The translations under genes were made by a program, and so were the position numbers. Below the pieces are notes generated by a model. That model was not told the origin of the DNA. It ran no database searches and saw nothing but the letters and a program-made list of their open reading frames with translations. 64,000 bases of DNA, from NCBI GenBank assembly GCA_951406725.2, contig OX597839.1:26102001-26166000 (forward strand), read 5' to 3'. This document shows positions 35,433 through 46,340 of the stretch, piece after piece (the stretch's first letter is position 1; every line of letters begins with the position of its first letter). This DNA is from Octopus vulgaris. Lineage: Eukaryota.

Positions 35433-37127
35433 CTACAAAACAGAAAAAACCCCCAAAAAAGCAAGAATTAGAAATGAAATAAATCAATTTAAAAACAGTA
35501 AATATAATAGGATATCTAGAAAATTGTGTGTATACACACACACACGATATGTAGATGCAGGTATGGCTGTGTGGTAAGAAGCTTGTTTCCCAATCACATG
35601 GTTCTGAGAGTTCAGTCCCACTTCATGGCACCTTAGGCAAGTGTCTTCTGTAACCCAGAGTGGATTTGAAAGATGGAAACTGAAAGAAGCCTGTTGTGTA
35701 TGTATGTGTGTACTTATTTATACTTAGATTCTTTTACTTGTTTCGGTCATTTGACTGCAGCCATGCTGGAGCACTGCCTTAAAGGGATTTCAGTCAAAGA
35801 AATCGATTGCAGGACTAATTCTCTGCAAGCCTAGTACTTATTCTATCAGCCTCTTTTCCCAAACTGCTAAGTCATGGTGACATAAACACACTGCCGTTAG
35901 TTGTCAAGTCATAGCGGGGGACAAACACAGACACACACATAAATATATATATACACACACACACACATGCATGCATACATAATACAATGGGCTTCTCTCG
36001 GTTTCCATCAACCAAATCCACTCACAAAGCTTTGGTTAACCTGAGGCTATAGTAGAAGACACTTGCCAAAAATGTCACGGAACCACCCACCACTACACAC
36101 ACACACACACACACACACACACCCATATCAATTTATCAATGAGACCATCAAATGCTGTTATACTGTGCTGGTCATAATGGGGCCCCTCACATGATTGTAG
36201 CTTTCAAATGTTGCCATCCCTCTGGCTAGACAGACAGGCAAGCAAGCCAACATTCCCCCCGGATAGGACACCAGTCTGTCACAGGGCGACCGATCTACAG
36301 CTGAGTGGAGCAACACAAAATGAAGTGTCTTGCTCAAGAACACAACAGGCGCAGGAGTGGCTGTGTGGTAAGTAGCTTGCTAACCAACCACATGGTTCCA
36401 GGTTCGGTCCCACAGCGTGGCATCTTGGGCAAGTGTCTTCTGCTATAGCCTCGGGCCGACCAATGCCTTGTGAGTGGATTTGGTAGACGGAAACTGAAAG
36501 AAGCCCATCGTATATATGTATATATATATATGTGTGTATGTATGTTTTTGTGTCTGTGTTTGTCCCCCTAGCATTGCTTGACAACCGATGCTGGTGTGCT
36601 TACGTCCCCGTCACTTAGCGGTTCGGCAAAAAGAGACCGATAGAATAAGTACTGGGCTTACAAAAAGAATAAGTCTCAGGGTCTATTTGCTCGACTAAAG
36701 GCGGTGCTCCAGCTAATAACTCTTCCAGTTCACCATCAAGAATTGGCTTTGGTAAATTCCAGCATTATATTCTTCCCTCCACTGTAAATGCTTTGTTTAA
36801 TTGGGTAAATTGGAAGTTGATTTCTAATCAATGACATGATTAATACAGCTCATTAGAGCCAATCAAACAAAACTGCAGTGACTAATTATCAAAGTTCATT
36901 GAAGATGTGTGAAGGACATCCAGAAGCAAACAAATCTATCATTTTGCTACACCTGTCTACCTGACGTTGCTCCTGGTTTCTATACTACAAAACCTTTGTT
37001 TTAATTTGTAACCCTTAGCCTGTGCAAAGCCCTTACATAAATCTGTCCTTAATATCCAAGCTTGATTTCAGATTTTTAATTAACCCTTATTTCATACGTT
37101 CTGTGTAATATAAAGTATTTCCGTCAT

Positions 37128-37470
37128 AGAGTAAAGACCCACCTTTCGGTCATGAATGGCCCAGGGATGGCACCTAGAAATTCCCCCCTGAGACAAGTCC
37201 AGGCAGGGTTGTTTTATGGAAGACTATCAGTTGTCCATGCATACCAGCCTCCCCTCCTCTCCATGTCACCGATTTTATCCAAGTAAAAAGCAAAGGGGCC
37301 GATACAGCTTGGCACCAGTGACATTAAAATTCATTTCTACACTTGAGTGAAATGGAGCAACGTGGAATAAAGTGTCTTGCTCAAGGACACAACACATGGC
37401 TCGGTTCAGGAATCGAACTCACTACTCATGGTTGTGAGTCCAATGCTCTAACCACTGAGCAATGCAACTT
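37128..37470 (-). mobile_element. tRNA-derived SINE family E (CORE-like TGTCCTTGAGCAAGACACTT)
   Basis: Minus-strand head GCTCAGTGGTTAGAGCA...GAGTTCGATTCC; related copy at 25830-26045. Confidence 0.7.
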
Positions 37471-37584
37471 CACATGCACACAGACACACGCACTACAGAA
37501 ATAGTATAAGGCTGAATAGCCCCTTTGGTTATGAATGACCATGGGATTGCACCTAGAAAGTTCCCCTCTGAGGTACGATGCCTG

Positions 37585-37790
37585 CTTACTCTTTTACTTG
37601 TTTCAGTCATGTGACTGTGGCCATGCTGGAGCACCGCCTTTAGTCGATCAAATCGACCCCAGTACTTATTCTTTGTAAGCCTACTTATTTTGTCGGACAC
37701 TTTTTGCCAAACCGCTAAGTTACGGGGACGTATACACACCAGCATCGGTTGTCAAGTGATGTTGGGGGGAAAACACAGACACACAAACAT

Positions 37791-37850
<60 letters not shown>

Positions 37851-38521
37851 GACGGGCTTCTTTCAGTTTCCACCTACCAAATCCACTCACAAGGCATTGG
37901 TCGGCCCGAGGCTATAAGTGCCACGCAGTGGGCCTGAACCCGGAACCATGTGGTTCGTAAGAAAGCTACTTACCACACAGCCACTCCTGCGCCCTATGCT
38001 TGTTTATTATTTTCAAAATTAATCAAAACGTAGAGACAGTGTTTTCCATTCGATGTGTGGCAGTAAAGAGGTTAAGAGGCACAAACAAACGAGACAAAAT
38101 GGTTCCATGATAAGCTGTTCAGCTATCTTGATTAAATATATTTTATCTGAATTATCAGAGTCACTGTGGAGAGCAAATGGAGACAGAAATAATTACACTT
38201 CCTCAACATGTACTATCCTCAATCTCTTGTGAAAAAAAATCTCACAGATGTGACATTATCAACATGTGACAATATGAGCATGTGACGTTATCAACATGTG
38301 GCATGAAAGTATACTCTTTTACTCGTTTCAGTCATTTGACTGCGGCCATGCTGGAGCACCGCCTTTAGTCGATCAAATCGACCCCAGGACTTATTCTTTG
38401 TAAGCCTAGTACTTATTTTATCGGACTCTTTTTGCCGAACTGCTAAGTGACGGGGACGTAAACACACCAGCATCGGTTGTCAAGCGATGTTGTGGGGACA
38501 AACACAGACACACAAACATAT

Positions 38522-38575
<54 letters not shown>

Positions 38576-39450
38576 GACGGGCTTCTTTCAGTTTCCGCCT
38601 ACCAAATCCACTCACAAGGCTTTGGTCGGCCCAACACTATAGTAGAAGACACTTGCCCAAGGTGCCACGCAGTGGGACTGAACCCGGAACCATGTGGTTC
38701 GTAAGAAAGCTACTTACCACACAGCCACTCCTGCGCCCTATGCTTGTTTATTATTTTCAAAATTAATCAAAACGTAGAGACAGTGTTTTCCCTTCGATGT
38801 GTGGCAGTAAAGAGGTTAAGAGGCACAAACAAACGAGACAAAATGGTTCCATGATAAGCTGTTCAGCTATCTTGATTAAATATATTTTATCTGAATTATC
38901 AGAGTCACTGTGGAGAGCAAATGGAGACAGAAATAATTACACTTCCTCAACATGTACTATCCTCAATCTCTTGTGAAAAAAAAAATCTCACAGATGTGAC
39001 ATTATCAACATGTGACAATATGAGCATGTGACGTTATCAACATGTGGCATGAAAGTATACTCTTTTACTCGTTTCAGTCATTTGACTGCGGCCATGCTGG
39101 AGCACCGCCTTTAGTCGAACAAATCGACCCCGGGACTTATTCTTTGTAAGCCCAGTACTTATTCTATCGGTCTCTTTTGCCGAACCGCTAAGTGACGGGA
39201 ACGTAAACACACCAGCATCGGTTGTCAAGCAATGCTAGGGGGACAAACACATACACACAAACACGCATATATATATACATATATACGACAGGCTTCTTTC
39301 AGTTTCCGTCTACCAAATCCACTCACAAGGCATTGGTCGGCCCGGGGCTATAGCAGAAGACACTTGCCCAAGATGCCACACAGTGGGACTGAACCCGGAA
39401 CCATGTGGTTGGTTAGCAAGCTACTTACCACACGGCCACTCCTGCGCCTG
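37585..39450. repeat. Tandem duplication: SINE-B / unique 320 bp / SINE-B / unique 320 bp / SINE-B
   Basis: 37994-38312 and 38739-39058 are nearly identical. Confidence 0.92.
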
Positions 39451-39829
39451 AATGTTATTGCGAAACATATTAAGTGGAACAATGGGAATGTGAATAATAG
39501 AATCTGAAGAAGAAGATAGTTCCAAGCCAAGAACCGTTTCAAAAGGGGGTAAATTGACAGGTTAAACAATAACCTGAGCTGGAGCTTTCAGATGGTTGCC
39601 ATGGAGAACATTAGCAGGGGACACACGGGAATTGAATCGACAGCCGAGTATTAACACAGTTTTCTCTCTCTCTCTCTCTCTCTCTCTGTCCCTCTGGATT
39701 GAGTGATAAGTGGTGGTGGTCAGGTTTGAAGATGAAAGTGGGGTGGGGTGGGGGCGGGGGAATCGGTATTTTATAATATGGATCCAATTGAGAGTATCAA
39801 GGAGAGAAAGAGGAGACGGAGGGAGAGTT

Positions 39830-40147
39830 TAGAGAGAGGGGGAGAGAGAGAGAGAAGCAGGAAGGCAGGGAGAGCAGAAAGAGAGAGAGAGAGAGAAGCA
39901 GGAAGGCAGGGAGAGCAGAAAGAGAGAGAGAGAGAGAAGCAGGAAGGCAGGGAGAGCAGAAAGAGAGAGAGAGAAGCAGGAAGGCAGGGAGAGCAGAAAG
40001 AGAGAGAGAGAAGCAGGAAGGCAGGGAGAGAGGAAGAGAGGGAGGGCCAAGCATAGAATCAGATCAGAATTATGTAAGACAGTGAGGGGGGAGGATGATA
40101 GAGGTGGGGAAGGAGACATGTAAGGGGAGGTAAGCGAAGAGTGATGG

Positions 40148-40190
<43 letters not shown>

Positions 40191-40810
40191 AAAGCAAGAA
40201 GACAATATTTTAATGTGGAATCAATTGAGAGTGAAAAAAGAGGAGAGGAGAGGAGAGAGGGAGAGGAAAGGAAAGATTTTTGGTTTTCAAAGGAAAACAT
40301 TAAAAAACATTCCTGATAAATGAAAGGAGTAATTATGTTTATTAGAGAAAAGAGGTGGGGGGAGGGGGAGGGGAGACAGAGGAAGAGTGAGAGAGAGAGA
40401 TAGAGACAGCAAGAGAAGGAAAGATAAAGACAGAGGGAGAGATGGACAGAGAGAGAGAGACAGACAAAGAGAGAGGGAGAAAGAGAGAGAGGGAGAGATG
40501 GACAGAGAGAAAGAGACAATTAGAGAGAGAGAGAGACAAAGAGAGAGGGAGAGACAAAGATACAACAAGAGAGAGAGACAAAGAGAGAGGGAGAGACAAA
40601 GAGAGAGAGACAATTAGAGAGAGAGAGACAAAGAGAGAGAGACAAAGAGAGAGACAAAGAGAGAGGGTGACAAAGAGAGAGGAAGAGACAAAGAGAGAGA
40701 GAGAGACAAAGAGAGAGATAGAGAGACAAATAGAGAGAGATAGAGATAGAGAGACAAAGGGAGAGACAGAGAGAGAGCAAGCAAAAAGATGGAGAGAGAG
40801 AGAGAGAGAA
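39830..40810. repeat. GA-rich tracts, including about five units of (GA)n-AGCAGGAAGGCAGGGAGAGCAGAAA
   Basis: Direct reading. Confidence 0.93.
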
Positions 40811-41366
40811 ATAGCAATCTGTCTCTCAAGCAGTTCTTTTAATTGGCAAGTCTCGTGGGGTGGAAACTACATGCGGTAATAGACTAGCATAGTATCCAGG
40901 GGGTTAGTTGTACCACATCCCTTTCATGCTGATACTACAGAGACTGGATGCCTTCGACAAAACTACAAGAAATATGCTAAAGAGCCTCTATACAGTTGCT
41001 CGACTTACTAGAAATAGCAGCCAGAATGCCCTCAAAAATCAAACTATGTGATTTAAAAAATGGAATTGATATTAAATAGTGTAGAGAGACATTATGTCTG
41101 GAGAAAGCATAAGGCAGGATGGTCACAGCTGGAATGCTTTCTATTCTGACTTTGCTGGATCATTATTGATTTAGGCTTAAACAACAACTCTGAATGTGAT
41201 GTCTTCATAAGCGCAGTCATTGTTTAGCCCCAGAATAAAGGAAGCATTTACCTGGTCACTTAATCTGCTAAAAATAGCAGTCAAAACTCTCTCATATCAC
41301 TCTGTCTTGTTTCAGAAATAGAAAGGACAGACTGGATAGTGTAGACTTTGATATATTCTACTACAT

Positions 41367-41597
41367 GAGGCGGCAAGCTGGCAGAAATGTTAGTACGCCG
41401 GGCGAGATGCTTCCGGTATTTCGTCTGCCGTTACGTTTTGGGTTCAAATTCCGTCAAGGTCGACATTGCCTTTCATCCTTTCGGGGTCGATAAATTAAGT
41501 ACCAGTTATGCACTGGGGTCGATGTAATCGACTTAATCCCTTTGTCTGTCCTTGTTTGTACCCCCTGTGTTTAGCCCCTTGTGGGTAGTAAAGAAAT
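41367..41597 (+). mobile_element. Full-length family C SINE with 16-bp TSD
   Basis: TSD ATATATTCTACTACAT at 41351-41366 and 41598-41613. Similar clean copies at 33590-33822, 49711-49940 and 54783-55010. Confidence 0.9.
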
Positions 41598-42844
41598 ATA
41601 TATTCTACTACATAAGGGGTTTTTTCACCCCCTCAATGAACTGTGGCCATGCTACGGCTCTGCCTTGAAAGAACTTTAGTCAAAGAATTCAACCTCGGTG
41701 CTTTTGTTTTGGTCTCTTTTCTGCTGAACTAAATTTTAGGGACATAAACAAACCATCCCCACAGTCAAACAGTGTAAGGGGAGACAAGCACAAACTCAAA
41801 GGCGCACATGCAACAGGCTCTTGTACAGTTTCCACCAACCAAATTCTCTTATAGTCTCGTGTTGGTGGCACGTAAAAAGCACTGTTCAAGTGTGGTCGTT
41901 TCCGGTGCCACCTGACTGGTTCCTGTGCTGGTGGCACGTAAAAAGCATCCACTACACTCTTGGAGAGGTTGGCATTAAGAAGGGCAACCAGCTGTAGAAA
42001 CCTTGCCAGATCAGATTGGAGCCTGGTGCAGCCTCCTGGCTTGCCAGTCCTCAGTCAAACCATCCAACCCATGCCAGCATGGAAAGCAGATGTTAAACGA
42101 TGATGATGATGATGACATAAACACCTTTTATCTTACTTTCTTTTTACGTGTTTCAAACATTAGAGGTGGCCATGCTGGGGCACTGCCTTGAAGATTTTAG
42201 TCAACCGAAATGACCCAAGTACTTAATTTTTTTTTAAGCCTGGTACTTATTCTATCAGTCTCTTTTGCCAAATTGCTAAGTTAGAGTGATGTAAACACAC
42301 CAACACTGGTTGTCAAGTGATGGTAGGATACATACATAATGGCCTTTTCTCAGTTCCCGTCTACCAAATCCACTCACAAGGCTTTGGTCAGCCCAGGGAT
42401 ATAACAGAAGACACTTGCCCGAGGTGCCACGCAGTGGGACTGAACCTGGAACAATGTGGTTGAGAAGTAAACTTCTTACCACACAGCCACACCTAGACAC
42501 ACACACACACACACTGGTGTAGGTGTGGCTGTATGACAAGAAGTTTGCTTCCTAACCACATGGTTCTAGGTACCCATGACTTAGCGGTTCAACAAAAGGA
42601 TAACGACAGACTGAGTACCAGCCTTAAAAAAAATACAAAAACACTAGGGTAGATTTGTTCAACTAAAACCCTTCAAGATGGTGCCCCAGCCGAATGACTA
42701 AAACAAGTAAAAGATAATTATAAGATAAATGACTTATAGGTACTTGGTATTTCATTAAGCAACCAGAATACACTACAAAGTATACTGAATGCTTTTCTAA
42801 GTCAATACCAAGCTCTATTGTGTTAGCAGTGCTCTTAGATCACC

Positions 42845-42968
42845 TGCTAAGGTTATGTAATGACATGCATAAGATCTGGTCATCAAATCTAAGTAGAGAC
42901 TTCAAACTTGAAATCTTCAAAGCCACAGTCGAACCAATTCTACTATATGGCTCAGAAACCTGGACGTC
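42845..42968 (+). mobile_element. Short RTE-like LINE ORF2 fragment joined to a family B SINE
   Basis: KIWSSNLSRDFKLEIFKATVEPILLYGSETWT contains the RTE-type LLYG.ETW motif. Confidence 0.75.
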
Positions 42969-43199
42969 TACCAAATCCACTCACAAGGCATTGGTCGGCC
43001 CGGGGCTATAGCAGAAGACACTTGCCCAAGATGCCACGCAGTGAAACTGAACCCAGAACCATGTGGTTGGTTAGCAAGCTACTTACCACACAGCCACTCC
43101 TACATATTATTTTATCACAGGTTTGCTTGATCAATATTGATTTTAAACTAAACAACAACAACAAAAGGTGGACGATTCAGAAGGCGTGTGTTTACTTAC

Positions 43200-43492
43200 T
43201 TGACAACTGTAGCATCTTTACAATATATTGCGATGTGGAAAATGTCTCTGGTCTCAACAAATTCAATCAGTCCAATTGGAACGTTGGCAAATAAATCTTT
43301 ACATTTGATCAGGACCCTGAAGTTGGACAGAGCTATGATGCCATCGTCAATTTTGCCAAGGTACTCGACAGACTCTCCGCACAAAAGAGGGAAAGGGAAC
43401 TGCAGGTAGCGATCTTCTGTCACCAGTTCCTTTTTAGGAAATAGTTCCGACTTGTGTATGCATTCCAGATTTGACGGTTCATCTTGACAGGC
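43200..43492 (-). CDS. MTMR3: MTMR3/MTMR4-like coding exon A (N-terminal PH-GRAM region): ACQDEPSNLECIHKSELFPKKELV...YCKDATVV
   Basis: Acceptor TTTTCCGTCGCAG| and donor |GTAAGT; 293 nt, phase 0 in, phase 2 out. Translation resembles the MTMR3/4 N-terminus (LECI..LFP.K.L; IIALSN.R; NVP..LIE.VE.RDIF). Confidence 0.93.
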
Positions 43493-43741
43493 CTGCGACG
43501 GAAAAGAAGAAAAAAAAAATTATACTTTCATATTCATTTGAGTGGAACTTGAGAGGCAAAGCTCCAAAAGGGCCCTTGCCTATAATGGTTACAACAAACG
43601 GAAGAACACACATACATACACACACACACATGTGTCGACGCCTATGTGGTCATGTGACCTGCTAGATATAGCAGCCAAACTTTTCCTCATATCACACTCT
43701 ACTGCCCTTAAAAAATGGATAGAAGGGAAAGGTTTTGGGCA

Positions 43742-44138
43742 TTTTTTTTTTTTGGAAGCACTCCATCGGTTACGACGATGAGGGTTCCGGTTGATCCGAT
43801 CAACGGAACAGCCTGCTCGTAAAATTAACGTGTAAGTGGCTGAGCACTCCACAGACACGTGTACCCTTAACGTAGTTCTCGGGGATATTCAGCGTGACAC
43901 AGAGAGTGACAAGGCCAGCCCTTTTGAAATACAGGTACAACAGAAACAGGAAGTAAGAGTGAGAGAAAGTTGTGGTGAAAGAGTACAGCAGGGATCACCA
44001 CCATCCCCTGCCGGAGCCTCGTGGAGCTTTTAGGTGTTTTCACTCAATAAACACTCACAACGCCCGGTCTGGGAATCGAAACCGCGATCCTACGACCGCA
44101 AGTCCGCTGCCCTAACCACTGGGCCATTGCGCCTCCAC
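43742..44138 (-). mobile_element. tRNA-derived SINE family D, full length with A tail and TSD
   Basis: Head GGCGCAATGGCCCAGTGGTTAGGGCAGCGG...GGTTTCGATTCCC; TTTTGGGCAT on both flanks. Other copies at 47741-48123 (minus) and 63884-64000 (plus, cut by the window end). Confidence 0.88.
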
Positions 44139-44694
44139 TTTTGGGCATGTAGTCCCTGATATTCAAAAGAATGAGATAATCATGCCCTTAAATGTCTGAC
44201 CATAGGTGAGGTCAATTAAGACTGACCTTGCCTATAATGGATAAAATAAACTGAACACACACACACACACACAAAATACATATTCACACACACACACACA
44301 CACCATGTGTCAACCCCTCTGTGGTCACCTGACCTGCTAGATATAGCAGCCAAACTTTTCCCCAAATCACACCCTACTACCCTTAAAAAATAGGTAGAAG
44401 GGCAGAGTTTTGGACATGCTGTAATTCCTGATATACCGGAGAATGGGATAATCCCGGCCTTAAATATCTTTCACCATAGGTCAGCTGAATCAAGACTGGT
44501 CTAGGTGATAGGCAAGAGCAATAACAAAATATACAGAGTTGAATGTCCAAGGGGCCAAAAAAAAAATCAATAGAAAATGGTGAAGCGCCAAACTACATTT
44601 TTCTTTCAGCCATTTCTGTTACAGCTTTCATCCATCCCTCCAAAAAGGAGCGTCAAAATATACTAAGGGTACTATATTAGAGGATCAATCACTG

Positions 44695-45050
44695 ATGGTG
44701 GCAGTGGTGGCGGTGATGGCAGTGGCGGTGATGGCAGTGGTGGTGGTGGCAATGGCAGTGATGGTGGTGGCGATGGCTTGTGGTGGTGGCGATTTCAGTG
44801 GTGGTGGCGATGGCAGTGGTGGTGGCGATGGCAGTGGTGGTGGCGATGGGCTTGTGGTGGTGGTGGCAATGGCAGTGGTGGTGGTGGCGATGGCAGTGGT
44901 GGTGGTGGCGATGGCAGTGGTGGTGGTGGCGATGGCAGTGGTGGTGGTGGCGATGGCAGTGGTGATGGCAGTGGTGGTGGTGGTGGCGATGACAGTAGTG
45001 GTAGCGATGGCGATAAGTGATGATGATGATGGTGGTAGTTGTAGTGGTGA
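44695..45050. repeat. GGT/GGC-rich trinucleotide-derived repeat (GATGGCAGTGGTGGTGGTGGC)n
   Basis: Direct reading; yields low-complexity ORFs in several frames. Confidence 0.92.
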
Positions 45051-46140
45051 TGACAATGTACAGCTACCACCACTGTCTCACCAACCCACCCACCCTGTAT
45101 ACTGCTCAGTCGGCAAAGCATTTAAAACCGAGCAACATACATTACAAACCAACAAGAGAACCTCAGACCCGTTAGAAATAGCAGCCAAAACCTCCCACAA
45201 ATCACAACCTGCTGTCTTTCACCTCCCCTCCTCACCAAGTAGGACACGTTATATATATATAACATTGTCCTAGGTGTGCTAAATTTGAAGACCAACAGGA
45301 GAGTCAAGGCTGGAATGCTTTTGATCATAGATCACCCTGACCTGGGCTGACACAGTGAACAACAACAACAACAACAACAACAACAGAAGCAGTTATCACT
45401 AATCAAGGAAAAGAAAATTAAATAAAACAGAATTAATCTATAAACATGTCTCTGAAGATTAGCAATAGGAGTGTCACCGAAACTCTAGACTAGAATTTGC
45501 GATTATTATTATTATTATTATTATTATTGTGGCGAGTTGGCAGAACCATTAGCAAACCGGGCAAAATGCTTAGAGGCATTTCATCTGTCTTTACATCCCG
45601 AGTTCAAATTCAGCTGAGGTCGATTTTGCCTTTCGTCCTTTTGGGGTCGATAAATTAAATACCAGCTGTGTACTGGTGGGTAGGTGTGTATATGTGGGGG
45701 GGATGCAATAGACTAGTTTCCCTCCCCAAGATTTCAAGTCTTGTGCCTATAGCAGAAAGGATTATTATTATTATTATTATTTAAGGCGGTGAGCTGGCAG
45801 AACTGATAGCAAGCCAGACAAAATGCTTAGCAGTATTTCATCTCATCTTCACATTCTGAGTTCAAATAACACTGAGGGTGACTTTGTCTTTCATCCTTTC
45901 AGGGTAATTAAGTACCAGCTGAGTCGAAGTAATCAACTCGTCCCCTCCCCAGAAAACTCCAGCCTTGTCCCTACAATAAAAAGGATTATCATCATTATCA
46001 TTATTATTATTACTACTATTTTCCCTTAAAGCCATTAAGTGTTAGTCTCCAGAAGTTCACCTTTCACACGTTTGAATCATCATCATCATCATTTAGCGTC
46101 CGTTTTCCATGCTAGCATGGGTTGGACGGTTCAACTGGGG

Positions 46141-46279
46141 TCTGTGAAGCCAGAAGGCTGCATCAGGCCCAGTCCAATCTAGCAGTGTTTCTACGGCTGG
46201 ATGCCCTTCCTAACACCAACCAGCCGTAGAAACACTGCCAGATCGGACTGGGCCTGATGCAGCCTTCTGGCTTCACAGA
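46141..46279. repeat. Fold-back inverted repeat: 60-bp arms, 19-nt loop
   Basis: 46220-46279 is the reverse complement of 46141-46200 with two differences. Confidence 0.95.
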
Positions 46280-46325
46280 ATAATTAAATAATTATTTGAA
46301 TAATTAAAATATTTCTTTAACTCAC

Positions 46326-46340
46326 ACATTTCAATTGCAT
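46326..46340 (-). CDS. Candidate first coding segment (MQLKC) of the MTMR3/4-like gene
   Basis: GTCACT-ATG CAA TTG AAA TGT|GTGAGT: A at -3, consensus donor, phase 0 matching exon A. No homology support. Confidence 0.3.

Noticed and set aside
39596-39610. RFX X-box-like motif GTTGCCATGGAGAAC
   Set aside because: Imperfect second half-site and no supporting context; cannot be supported from sequence alone.
43990-44138. tRNA genes (also 63884-63960 and the heads of families B, C and E)
   Set aside because: A and B boxes are present, but there is no complete cloverleaf, and each continues into a SINE body with tail and TSD.
44685-45273. Gly-rich, Pro-rich or Thr-rich protein ORFs
   Set aside because: A trinucleotide-derived repeat open in several frames on both strands, with no convincing splice context.
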